Assembly: GCA_963695095.1 (NCBI GenBank)
Contig: CAVOFT010000001.1
Span: 2,176,001-2,240,000, forward strand
Length of the DNA stretch: 64,000 nt
Origin: an uncultured bacterium
Lineage (GTDB): Bacteria; Krumholzibacteriota; Krumholzibacteriia; JACNKJ01
Reading direction: 5' to 3'
Positions 51,346 through 61,370 of this stretch are shown piece after piece. The number at the start of each line of letters is the position of its first letter. Position 1 is the first letter of the stretch. Made by a program: the position numbers and the translations under genes. The notes under the pieces were generated by a model. The model was given only the letters and a program-made list of their open reading frames with translations. It had not been told where the DNA came from and did not search any database.

Positions 51346-53741
51346 GGGCAGCGCCCCGGCATCGCCTTCGCACCCTGCTTCGCGCCCGGCTTCGCACCCG
51401 GCTTCGCCGCCGGCTTGGTGCCGGGCTTGGTGCCGGGCTTGGCTGCGGGCTTCGCCGCCGGCTTGCTCGCCGGCTTGGTCGCGGGCTTCGTAGCGGGCTT
51501 CGTAGCGGGCTTGGTCGCCGGTTTGGCGCCGGGCTTGGCGGCCGCCTTGCCCACGGGCTTGGCCGCGCGCTCCGTCGCCACCTTCGCTGGCGGCAGGGCT
51601 GCCAGCTCCTGCGCGCCGGCCGCAGCACTGTCGCCCGGGGCGGCGGCCGGCGGCGCTTCGCCCGGCGCGCCCAGCCAGATGGGAATCGCCCGGCCACGAC
51701 TGGAGTCGGGTGGGCCCTGCGCGAGCACGATGCCCAGGCCCGACGGCAGCACCTCGAAGCCGCGTTCGAGCGCCTGGCGCCGCGCGTCGCGCAGACTGAG
51801 GCCGAGCAGGGCGGGCGGCTCGACACTGGGCGTCGGCGGATCGCCCAGCACGAGCTCGACGGGGCTGTCCGGCCGCTGGCGACAGCCGGGACCCGGCTGC
51901 TGGGCGACGACCCGGCGGCCGCGCCCGCGCAGGCGCAGCGTCAGGCCCTCAGCGTGGGCCAGCTCCTGGGCCTGGGGCAACTCGAGCTCCAGGAAGGAGG
52001 GCACAGGCCGCCCCTCGCTCGTCGCCAGGGCCGGCGCCTGCGCGCTGGGCTGGAAGAGGTAGGGCGTGGCGACAGCCAGCTTCTCGACGACGCGCGCGAA
52101 GGCCGGCGCCGCGCTCTGACCGCCGTGGCCGAGCCCCGCGCGCGGCTCGTCCATGAAGACCCCGATGACCACCCGCGGCTCGGCCAGCGGCGCCACGCCG
52201 ACGAAGCTCGCCATGTACTTGCCCGCCTTCACGCGCCCGGCCTCGAACTTCTGCGCCGTGCCGGTCTTGCCGCCCACGGTGAGGCCCGGCACCTTCGCGC
52301 TCTTGCCCGTGCCGGCCTCCACCACCTCGCCCATCAGGGTGAGCAGCGTGGCCGCCGTCTCCTCCTTGCAGACGCGGCGCAGGAGCGTGGGACCCACCTC
52401 GCGCAGATCGCGGCCATCGCCGTCGCAACTGCCGCGCAGCAGGCGGGGCTTCATCAGGAGGCCCCGGTTGGCGATGGCCCCCACCGCCGCCGTGATCTGC
52501 AGCGGGGTGGCGCTGATCTCCTGGCCGAAGATGAGGGTCATCTTGCTGCGGCCGGACCAATCGGCGGGCCGGCGCAGGATGCCGTTCTCCTCGCCGGGCA
52601 GCTCGAGGCCGTAGGCGTTGCCGAAGCCGCAATCTTGCAGCGTGCGATAGAGGTCTTCCTTGCTCAGCCGGCGCGAGAGCTTGGCGAAGCAGATGTTGCT
52701 GGAGAAGGCGAAGGCCTCGCGGAAGGTGAGATAGCCCGGATGCGGCTTGTCGTCGCGCACCTTGAAGCCGTCGACCTCGGCCGTGCCGTCCTCGGCGTCG
52801 GTCTGGGTACTCAAGGTCACCTGCCCGCGCTCGAGCAGGGCGGCGCTGGTCACGGCCTTCAGGGTGGAGCCCGGCTCGTAGAGCGCCTGCACGGGCAGCA
52901 GCCGCCACTGCACGGGATCGAAGCGCGCCTCGTCGCGCTCGGTCACGGCCGGCCAGCTCGCGAGGGCGAGGATCTCCCCGCTCGTGGGATCGAGGATGAC
53001 GATCGCGCCCGCGCGGGCCCCGCAGGCCGTGGCCGCCCGCGCCAGCTCGATGTCGGCAATGGCCTGGGCCTTGTGATCGAGCGTGAGGTAGACGTCGCGG
53101 CCGCGCTGGGCTTCGACGAGCACGCGGTTGAGCGGCGAGATGAGCACCTGGCCGCGATCGTCCTTCTGCACCAGCTCGCGGCCGGGCTGGCCGGCCAGTT
53201 CGCGCTGCAGGCCCGCCTCCAGGCCGCAGACACCGGCATCCTCGTCGTCGACGAAGCCGATCAGGGGCGCGGCGAGCGCGCCCATCGGATAGAGGCGGCG
53301 GCTGCAGGCCTGCAGGTGCACGACGCCGGTGGCGCGCAGGCGCTCCCGGTCTTCGAGGCCAAGGGCCAGGCCGTCGTGCAGGAGCGTATAGCGACCCTTG
53401 CCGCCTAGCTTGCGGCGCAACCGGCTCTCGCTCTGACCGAGCTGCCCGGCGAGCAGGCCGAGCAGGAGCTGCCGATCCTTGGCCGGCCGCTTCTGGAAGG
53501 CCTCGGGATCGGCCGTCACCTGGTAGCGGAGCGTGCCCACGGCCAGCGGCGTCCCCGCGCGGTCGAAGAGGCTGCCCCGCGGTGCGGGCAGGGCCTGCTC
53601 CTTCTGCCACTGCTGCACGGCGAGGCCGAGGAAGCGCTCGTGGTCCAGGATCTGCAGCGCAAAGAGCCGCCAGCCGAAGGCGAGGGCCAGGGCCAGGGCC
53701 GAGACCTCCAGGAGGCGAATGCCGGGGGCGGCAACGCGCAT
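51342..53741 (-). CDS. ftsI: Class B penicillin-binding protein FtsI with PASTA-like domains and Lys/Pro/Ala repeat tail
   Basis: RG...DR, GLE, EPGSTLK (SxxK), SSN (SxN), GKTGTAQK; dcw position. Confidence 0.93.
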   Translation of the reverse strand: MRVAAPGIRLLEVSALALALAFGWRLFALQILDHERFLGLAVQQWQKEQALPAPRGSLFDRAGTPLAVGTLRYQVTADPEAFQKRPAKDRQLLLGLLAGQLGQSESRLRRKLGGKGRYTLLHDGLALGLEDRERLRATGVVHLQACSRRLYPMGALAAPLIGFVDDEDAGVCGLEAGLQRELAGQPGRELVQKDDRGQVLISPLNRVLVEAQRGRDVYLTLDHKAQAIADIELARAATACGARAGAIVILDPTSGEILALASWPAVTERDEARFDPVQWRLLPVQALYEPGSTLKAVTSAALLERGQVTLSTQTDAEDGTAEVDGFKVRDDKPHPGYLTFREAFAFSSNICFAKLSRRLSKEDLYRTLQDCGFGNAYGLELPGEENGILRRPADWSGRSKMTLIFGQEISATPLQITAAVGAIANRGLLMKPRLLRGSCDGDGRDLREVGPTLLRRVCKEETAATLLTLMGEVVEAGTGKSAKVPGLTVGGKTGTAQKFEAGRVKAGKYMASFVGVAPLAEPRVVIGVFMDEPRAGLGHGGQSAAPAFARVVEKLAVATPYLFQPSAQAPALATSEGRPVPSFLELELPQAQELAHAEGLTLRLRGRGRRVVAQQPGPGCRQRPDSPVELVLGDPPTPSVEPPALLGLSLRDARRQALERGFEVLPSGLGIVLAQGPPDSSRGRAIPIWLGAPGEAPPAAAPGDSAAAGAQELAALPPAKVATERAAKPVGKAAAKPGAKPATKPATKPATKPATKPASKPAAKPAAKPGTKPGTKPAAKPGAKPGAKQGAKAMPGRCP
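51366..51560 (-). repeat. Sixteen degenerate 12-bp coding repeats (KPAT/KPAA/KPGA/KPGT)
   Basis: KPVG KAAA KPGA KPAT x4 KPAS KPAA x2 KPGT x2 KPAA KPGA x2 KQGA K at the FtsI C-terminus. Confidence 0.92.
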
Positions 53742-53752
53742 CGCGCGCCGCT

Positions 53753-54202
53753 TCAGCGGTTTTCGCCGGCGAGGGCCGGCGCAACGCCGAGGCCCACGCT
53801 GGCCAGCCAGGTGTCGCTCGTGCCGGTGCTCGCCTGGTCGCTGCCCAGCTTGCCGACGAAGACCCGGCCCTCGAGGTCGCTGAGGGCGAGCTCGCCCTCG
53901 CGCGGAGCGCCCTCGCTCTCCTGCGCCAGCGCGGCGGGTTGCCGCCTCTGGGCCACGAGCACCGCCTGCTCGAGAATCTGCGTGCGCAGGGCCTCGCGCC
54001 GCAGCTCCAGGCGCGCCACCTGGGCGCCGAGCTGCATGCCGCGGCTCTGCTGCCAGACGACGAAGAGCAGCACGAGCAGGACGGCCAGCGCCAAGAAGAA
54101 CCAGACATCCTTGCGGCGGAGCGCGGTCTCGCGGCTGCGCATTTCGCCGCGCTGGCAGTGCGGATTCCAGGTGCGGGCGGGCTGACCGGAGAAGCTCATC
54201 AT
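53753..54202 (-). CDS. ftsL: FtsL-like cell division protein
   Basis: Short N-terminus, single TM, coiled coil (VARLELRREALRTQI), located between rsmH and ftsI. Confidence 0.7.
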   Translation of the reverse strand: MMSFSGQPARTWNPHCQRGEMRSRETALRRKDVWFFLALAVLLVLLFVVWQQSRGMQLGAQVARLELRREALRTQILEQAVLVAQRRQPAALAQESEGAPREGELALSDLEGRVFVGKLGSDQASTGTSDTWLASVGLGVAPALAGENR

Positions 54203-55115
54203 GCGGGTCTCCTGGCCGCGCGCAGGCGGGCGCTGCGCGCACGGGGGTTGGCGGCGATCTCCGCAGCGCCTGGCCTCAGCGCGCGCGGGGTGAGCACTTC
54301 GAGACGGGCCTGCCGGTCGCAGGCGCAGACGGGCAGCTCGGGCGGGCAGATGCAGGCGCGGCTCTCCTCGCGGAAGCAGCGCTTGACGCGCCGATCCTCC
54401 AGCGAGTGGTAGCTGATGGCCACCGCCACGCCCCCGGGGGCGAGCAGCGCGGGCAGCGCGGCGAGCAGGGCGTCGAGGGCGCCCAGCTCGTCGTTGACGG
54501 CGATGCGCAGGGCCTGGCAGACGCGCGAGAGCTCGGCGTTCAGCTCGCGGCCGGCCAGGGGCTCGACCACCGCGCGCAGGTCCGCCATGCTGGCGAGGCG
54601 CCCGGCGCCGCGGGCGGCGACGAGACGCCGCGCGAGCGGGCCCGGGCGGCGCACCTCGCCGAGCTCGGCGAGCAGGCGGCGCAGCTCGCCCGCGTCCAGG
54701 CGCGCGAGCAAGTCGGCGGCGCTCTCGCCCCGCGTGGGATCCATGCGCATGTCCAGGGGGCCGGCGAGCCGGTGGGCGAAGCCGCGCTCAGGCGCGTCGA
54801 GCTGCATCGAGCTCACCCCCAGGTCCAGGAGCAGACCGGCCGCGCCCTGCGGCGCGCGCTCGGCGAGCGCCGCGGGGAGCGAACGGAAGTCGGCGTGCAA
54901 AAAAAAACCCGGTCGCCGCAGCCCGCGAGGCGCTCTCGCGCGAGGGCGAGGGCGCTGGGGTCGCGGTCGACACCGAGCAGTGTGGCTTCGGGAAGGGCCG
55001 CCAGCAGGGCGGCGGCGTGGCCGCCCGCGCCGAGGGTGGCATCCACGTAGAGCCCGGGTCCTCCGCGCCGCAGCAGGGCGACGCTTTCTTCCCGGAGGAC
55101 CGGCTCGTGGGACAT
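54199..55115 (-). CDS. rsmH: 16S rRNA m4C1402 methyltransferase, frameshifted at a T9 tract (54899-54907)
   Basis: [17 protein letters not shown] in one frame; [41 protein letters not shown] in another; frames meet at the homopolymer. Confidence 0.93.
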
Positions 55116-55179
55116 CGTCGTACTCCCCATCCATGGCCGCGCGCGGGCGGGGCCGGCGCGCAGCACAAGGGGGAGCGGC

Positions 55180-55608
55180 CTAGAACACGAGGCCGCTCCC
55201 CCTGCTCTCACCCTCTTGCGGAACCAACGAAAAGGCGGCGGAAGTGTGACGGATGCCCATGGCCGCACTCGCCTCTGAAGGGTAGACGGGAATGGAACGG
55301 GGAACGTCTCCCGCCGCCAGGATCTCCATCAGATAGAAGCTGGGCGAAGCCAGGACCAGCTCGCCGCCCGCGCGGCGCAGCTCGCGATGCAGGGCGAGCA
55401 GCAGTTCCAGCACCCGATAGCGGATGTGGATGGTGCCCGCCAGGTCCACCACGAAGCCGCGGCTGCCGGCGGCCAGCGCGCCGCGCAGCGTGCGCGCGAG
55501 TTCGCTCTGCATGCGCTCGTCCCACTCGTCGGCGGGACGCAGCAGCAGGTAGTCGCCTCGCTGTTCGCAGATCAGGGCCACGCGTCCATGCTCCTTCGTT
55601 TCTCTCAC
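55180..55608 (-). CDS. STAS-domain (anti-anti-sigma-like) protein
   Basis: [11 protein letters not shown]...[15 protein letters not shown]....IL; located between mraZ and rsmH. Confidence 0.78.
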   Translation of the reverse strand: MRETKEHGRVALICEQRGDYLLLRPADEWDERMQSELARTLRGALAAGSRGFVVDLAGTIHIRYRVLELLLALHRELRRAGGELVLASPSFYLMEILAAGDVPRSIPVYPSEASAAMGIRHTSAAFSLVPQEGESRGSGLVF

Positions 55609-55645
55609 CCACCTGCGACGCTGGCCGGCGCGCGGCCAGCGCGAT

Positions 55646-56080
55646 CTAGAGCAAGCGCTCCACCTGGCGGAGCGCCGCGTCCACGTTCGCCAGCTCGCCC
55701 GCGAAGTCGGCCGGATTCCAGAGCTCGATGCGATCCAGGGCGCCGACGAGCACCAGCTCGCCCGGCGCGCCGAGCAACTCGAGGAAGGTCCTGGGCAGAC
55801 TCACGCGCCCCTGCTTGTCCACCAGCAGGGAGGCGCTGTTGGCGCTGAAGTAGCGGATGGCCTTGCGCTTCTCGGGACCGGGGGGCAGGGTCTGCAGCTT
55901 GCCCTGGAAGTCCCGCCAGCCCTCGGGGGCGAAGAGCAGGAGCCCCTTGTCGAAGCCCTTGCTGAGGACGAAGGTCTCGCCGCCTTCCAGCCCCAGGCTG
56001 CGCCGGAAGCCAGCGGGCACCTGCAGGCGCCCCTTGCTGTCCAGCTTGCAGCGCTGAGTGCCGATGAAGTCGGCCACCAC
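55646..56080 (-). CDS. mraZ: Transcriptional regulator MraZ
   Basis: LDSKGRL.VP..FR, DKQGRV.LP, VGALDRIELW. Confidence 0.95.
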   Translation of the reverse strand: MVADFIGTQRCKLDSKGRLQVPAGFRRSLGLEGGETFVLSKGFDKGLLLFAPEGWRDFQGKLQTLPPGPEKRKAIRYFSANSASLLVDKQGRVSLPRTFLELLGAPGELVLVGALDRIELWNPADFAGELANVDAALRQVERLL

Positions 56081-56125
56081 GATCTCCCCCCGATGCAGGC
56101 TCTGTGCTGGTGATTAGGGGAGCCA

Positions 56126-56151
56126 CTCCATTCTCCCCCACAACGCCCCAC
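56126..56151 (-). promoter_or_regulatory. MraZ-binding direct repeats
   Basis: GTGGGG-N4-GTGGGG-N4-ATGGAG with 10-bp period, overlapping and just downstream of the -10. Confidence 0.8.
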
Positions 56152-56178
56152 TCTATCCCTGGACATGGGGGACGTCAA
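56150..56178 (-). promoter_or_regulatory. sigma70-like promoter of the dcw cluster
   Basis: TTGACG, 17 nt, TAGAGT. Confidence 0.78.
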
Positions 56179-56229
56179 GGGCCTTCTGGGAAATGTCGCC
56201 ACTAATCGCGGAGCCCAGGCAGGGACCCG

Positions 56230-56239
56230 TACAAATGTA
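56230..56239. promoter_or_regulatory. TACA-NN-TGTA palindrome (BlaI/MecI/CopY-type core)
   Basis: TACAAATGTA in an isolated AT-rich patch ~50 bp upstream of the dcw -35. Confidence 0.35.
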
Positions 56240-56315
56240 TAGAACATGCCGGTGGACCCCGGCGAGGGAGACGGCGGAGGCCGCTGCGCGGGGGGCAAGA
56301 CCGGAGGCGCGCGAC

Positions 56316-56786
56316 TCAGCGCCCTTCGAGGATGGACAGCAGGCGCGCCCGGGGGCGGGCGCTCACGAGGGGTCGGGGATCGTACTCGGGACTGCCCACG
56401 AGCAGGAGTAGGCCCTCCTCGCCGGCGGGCGGCAGGGGCTCCCTGCCGAGCACGAGAAGCAGGCGCCAGGCGGCCAGGGAGTCGCCCGTCGCGGTGGCGA
56501 AGCGCTGGGCCGCGGCGAAGCGGAACTCCAGGGCCCCGCGGGCCAGGGCGAGGGAGACCTCGCGGCGGCTCAGCGAGCCGGCAGCCGGCCTGGCCGCGGC
56601 CATCAGCGACCCCGCCTCCGCGAGCAGGGCCGCGCCGCGCGCATCCGCCGCGGCGATGGCGAGAACGCCGTGCTCGCTGTGTACGCGAATCTCCGTGTCG
56701 GGGGGAAGAGGCGCGGGGCGCCCGCAATCGATCGCCGCCAGGCCGAGGAGGCCGATCAGCCGGAGGATCAGCGGGGCAGCGCTCAC
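56316..56786 (-). CDS. Hypothetical exported or lipoprotein
   Basis: GTG overlaps the upstream stop (GTGA); hydrophobic N-terminus ending in Cys; no family recognised. Confidence 0.5.
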   Translation of the reverse strand: MSAAPLILRLIGLLGLAAIDCGRPAPLPPDTEIRVHSEHGVLAIAAADARGAALLAEAGSLMAAARPAAGSLSRREVSLALARGALEFRFAAAQRFATATGDSLAAWRLLLVLGREPLPPAGEEGLLLLVGSPEYDPRPLVSARPRARLLSILEGR

Positions 56787-59700
56787 TTGAGCAGCAGCAG
56801 CCGCCGGCTCTCGGCGCCGCCGGCCCAGCGGAACTGGGCCAGGTAGACGCCGCTGGCCTGCACGCGGCCCTCGCTGTCACGGCCGTCCCAGATGCGTTCG
56901 TGGCGGCCCGCGGCGAGCGGACCGTCGACGAGGCGCTGGAGTCGCCGGCCGTCGATGCCGAGGATATCCAGCGTGACGGCGCCGGGCGCCGCCAGGCTGA
57001 AGGCCAGGGTGGTCGCGGGGTTGAAGGGATTGGGATAGCTGCCGACGAAGCCGCTGCGCAGGGCGAGCGCAGGCACTTCCAGGCGCCCGAGCAGCACGCG
57101 CAGGGCGGGCGCGCCGGCCCGATGGCCGATGGCCGTGTACTCCAGCTCGCCGCCCGCCGGCAGATCCTCCTCGCGCCAGAGGCACCAGCCGCCGGGACCG
57201 GGCAGGAGGCCCTCGGCCAGCAGGCGCGGCGCTTCCCAGTCGCCGCCGGCCCTCCGGCGCCGGCCTTCGAGATCCCAGCGCGCGAAGGCCGTGTCCGCCA
57301 CCTGCCAGGCGATGCGCGCGGCGGCGCCGCCCGCCTCGATGCTCAGGTCCACCTGGCTCACGGCCGCAGGCACCGCGTCCCAGAGGCCGGCCACGCCGCG
57401 CCTCAGCGCGCTGCCGGAGAGCGTGGGCCAGGGCACGGTCTCCGGCGCGAAGGGCCCCGCGAAATCCCAGGCGAGGACGCGCTTGTTCCAGGTGGAAACC
57501 ACGAGCTCGCCGTCGCCGTCCCCGTCGAGGTCCGCGATCGCGGGCGTGCCGCGCACCTCGCCGCCCACGGCGATGGGGAAGCCCGGCTGCACGCTCCCGT
57601 CCGCGCGGAAGCCGTAGATGATGCCCTGCTCGCTGCCCTGCACGAACTCCAGCGTGCCGTCGCCGTCGAGGTCCCCCACCACCGGGCTGCACTCGGCGTG
57701 CATGGCCAGATCGATGGGCCAGCCCGGGAGCGGGCTCCCGTCCAGCTCGATGAGATGCAGGGTCGAATTGTAGCCGCCGCGGATCGCCACCACGAAGAGC
57801 TCGAGGTCGCCGTCGCCGTCCGCGTCCACCGCCACCGGACCCGGACCCACGCCGCCGTTCGTCGTGGCGAAGTGCAGGGGATAGCCCGGGTAGCGGCTGC
57901 CGTCGATCCGGAAGACGTAGAGCGAGTCGGCCTCGCTGTGCAAGACGATCTCGAGCGTGCCGCCCGGGTCGCCGTCGAGATTCGCGAGCAGGAGCGGGCA
58001 GCTCTCCTTGAGGCTCGGGTACTCGTTCGTCGGATCCAGGTCCACGGGCCAGCCGGGCAGCTCGCTGCCGTCGCCGTTGAAGACGTGCAGGCTGCGCCGC
58101 CCCACGCCGCCCATCACGACCAGCTCGTCGCGGCCGTCGCCGTCCAGGTCGGCCGCGGCCGGCGAGCCGTCGGCGAAGGTCCCCAGGTTGCGCTGGAGAA
58201 TGCCGATCGTGCTCGGGTTGTCGTCGCCGTCGATCAGCTCGCTGCCGTCCAGGTGAAAGGCGTAGAGGTTGCCCGCGCGGTCCAACCCGGCGATCTCGTG
58301 CTCGCCGTCGCCGTCCAGATCGGCCGCCACGAGATTCGCCCAGATCCACTCGATCGTGCTGCGGGGCCAGCCGGGCAGCGGCTGCCCGTTCTCCCCGAAC
58401 AGGAAGATGCGCCGCGCGGCGCTGCCGCCGAGGTGCCGCGTCGCCACGGCGATGGCCCGGTAGGGACTGCCCGGACGCGGCACCAGCGTCACCGCGCCGA
58501 CGATGTCGCGCGGGGCCGTGCTGTAGACGCCGATGGTCTGGGCGTCGAGATCGCCATCGCGGGGTTCGCTGCCGTCGGCGTGCCAGACGTAGAGGAAGTC
58601 CGCGCCGGCCACCAGCTCGAGTCCCTCGTCGCCGGCCACGTTGCCCACGGCCACCGGGCAGGAGCTGGCCGCGAGCGTCGCCTGCGGGAAGCCGGCGAGC
58701 TGGGCGGAGTTCGTCGAGGTGTGCAGGGTGTCGCTGGGCGCGCTCGCCATGCCGCCCCGATCCACCGCCCTCACGTAGGTCCAGATCTGGCTGTTGTCGG
58801 CCAGACCCTCGAGCGTGATCCCCGCATGCGGCAAGGGCAGGAGCGTGGCGCGGACGAAGGCCACCGGGGCTCCCTCGGCGACGTAGACCAGGTAGCCGGC
58901 CAGATCCGGCGCGGCCACCGGCGCCCAGCTCAGCTCGAGGCGGCCGGCCACCTCGCTGAACTGGGTGGCGAGATCGGTGGGCGCCGGCGGCGGCGCGAAG
59001 TCCAGGGTGTCCTGGCGCGAGCGGCCGAAGGCGTCGGTGAGGCGTAGCACGGCCGTCGAGGGCTGGCTCGCATTCGCGCGCCGCAGCAGGAAGCCGGGCG
59101 CGGGCCGCCCCTCCTGCAGGAGCTCCAGCGCGGGAAGCATGACGCTGCCCTCGTCCACGACGAGATCGGGATCCAGCGACCAGAGATCGCCGGCGAGCTG
59201 ACCGCCGCTGCCGCTGCCCAGGTTCACCCAGCGCGGCGCGCCGCGCCAGGCTTCGCTCTCATCCCAGATGCCATCGCCGTTGCCCACGTCCGTGAACTGC
59301 CAGTCGGCCAGCCGCGGCGCCGGCGCGTGGACGACGAGCGCCAGCGTGTCGCTGTGCAGGGGCTGCTGGGCGAGATCCTCGGCGCGCAGCTCGACGCGCA
59401 GGCGCCGGCCGTCCGCGCTGCCGACCGCGCTGCGCAGCCTGAGCGCTCCCGTCGCCGTGACCTCGCCGCCCGGGGCGAGGCTGGCGAAGGTCTCCGTGGC
59501 CTGCACGACGGCGAGCGAGTCGTCCAGGGCCGTCAGGCGCAGGCGGAAAGTGCCCGAGGCCGCGAGGCCGTCGTTGGCGAGAGTCGGCCGCAGCGCGATC
59601 GTCTCGCCGGCCTCGAAGCGGCCGTCGCCGTCATTGCGCGGATCGAGAGCGGGGCCATCGGCGAGCGACCAGCCCGCGAGGTGCAGCAGGGCCTGGGCCG

Positions 59701-61265
59701 GCGCGTTCACGGCGATGGCCGCCTCGGCCACGAAGGCATTGGCCGCCCAGACCTTCAGGGCCAGCGTGCCCGCGCTCAGCGGATGCGCGGGCAGGCGGCA
59801 GAGCCCCGCCGCGTCGCTCAGGCCGCTGGACCAGACCTCGCCGTCCTTGCCGAGCGTGACGCGGGCGCCGGCCAGGGGGTTGCCGCCGCTGGTCACGCCG
59901 ATCGTCAGCTCCTGCCAGCCCGTCGCGACGGCGCCGGGGTGACTGAGCGCGAGGGCGCGCGGGGTTCCCGCCCACAGGTCGAGCAGGGGATCGCCCAGGA
60001 AGTTCATGATCAGATAGGTCCAGCGGCCCGAGCCCTCGTTGTCGCTGGTGGGCGCGAGGGCCAGGCGCAGGGCCTGCAGCGCCGCGCCCGGCTGGGTGAT
60101 GCCGTCCTGGAACAGGCGCCGGTAGTAGAAGTCCGGATAGCGCCAGCTGCTGAAGGGATAGCTGTCGCGCGTGGCGCCGAAGACGGCCATCGCCCCGCCC
60201 GTCGGATTGCGCAGGAAGTTCTCGCCCAGGCAGTCGAAGTCGAAGGCGTTGGAGCTGCAATTCATCAGGGTGAGATGGAAGGGCATCGTGTTGTGGAGGG
60301 CGAGCACCTGCGCGACATCCACGCTGCCGTCGCCCACGGACATGTTGTAGCGAAAGCCATGGCCGTTCTGATCGACGAAGGCCCAGTTGCCCAGGTCCAG
60401 CGAATCGAGCGCCGCGCCGATGCTGAGGGGCAGGGGCGTGGCCGCCGTCGCGGTCCAGAAGGGATTCTCCCAGCTCTGGAAGAGCTCCCTGTGCTCCATG
60501 GCCGGACCCAGGGCATTGGCGATGAGATCGGCGTCGAAGTGGCCGCCGTCGACGAGGATGTCGGCGAAGTCGTCGCCCGGCTCCCAGCTCGAGGGGGTCA
60601 GCACTTCGGCCAGGAAGAGCATGCGCTCCTGGAAGTCGCTGCGCGCCGTCTCGCGATAGGCGATCAGCTTGCTGACCAGCGCCGTGGCCGCGGCCGGCGT
60701 GCTGACGGGCAGGCGCCCCACCCACAGCTCGGGCACGAGATCCGCCCCATCGCCGGGCTGACTCACGTAGGCGGCCTCGCACCAGTGAGCGTCGCCGTCG
60801 GCGTTCCAGTTGCCGTCCAGGCAGGCGTAGTAGAGGTCGGTGGGCACTGCCTTCGCCGGCGGCGCCGTGGAAGTAGCTCCAGGCGTAGCGCACCGGCACG
60901 ATGTCCGTGTCGCCGCCGAGGATGACGGCGCTGAGCCCCCAGCGCGCGTGGGCGTCCTGCAGGAAGAAGCGGATGTTCTCGGCGCGATCCCGGCCGGGCG
61001 GGTAGCTGGCCGCGATCCAGTCCAGGTCGCGCACCACGCAGCGGGTGCCGCGAGCGAGGTGCCAGTCGGCCAGCACCTGGAAGGCCGGCGCCAGCGCGGC
61101 GCTGGTGACGATGACCGCGTCCACCGGGCTGCCCTCGCTCGCGGGATGCTCGCGCGGACGGAAGGGCCCCCCGTCCTGGCCCCGCGCCGCACCCGCGGCC
61201 AGGGTGGCCAGGCCGGCCACCAGGCAGGCCAGAGCACCGAATCGCCGCCGGGTTGCCGCGCTCAT
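56783..61265 (-). CDS. Gingipain-family (C25) cysteine peptidase with FN3-like, FG-GAP repeat and FlgD-Ig/T9SS-like C-terminal domains; one extra base near 60850
   Basis: First frame: VIVT, IRFFLQ, VILGGD..IVP. Second frame: TDLYYACLDG, VGRLP, NGHG (His), MNCSS (Cys), LGDP, DLDGDG repeats, YPNPFNP...WDGRD..G...ASGVY. Span 4483 nt = 3n+1. Confidence 0.9.
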
Positions 61266-61334
61266 GCTGATCTCCTCGCACCGGCCCTTGCCGGTGGCCC
61301 GCTCCCCGGGGGCGAGCTGCGCCCCGGGACCTTG

Positions 61335-61363
61335 ATCATACCCGGCGCCGGCCGCGCGGGCAA
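61335..61363 (-). promoter_or_regulatory. sigma70-like promoter of C25 protease gene
   Basis: TTGCCC, 17 nt, TATGAT. Confidence 0.65.
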
Positions 61364-61370
61364 GCTGCCG

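Noticed and set aside
51366..51560. 12-bp tandem repeats as a possible CRISPR or non-coding VNTR
   Set aside because: No unique spacers, in-frame within ftsI, no cas genes
57500..58650. Recurrent GACCTCGACGGCGACGGC-like DNA repeats
   Set aside because: They encode DLDGDG FG-GAP motifs inside the C25 protease and are not independent repeat elements
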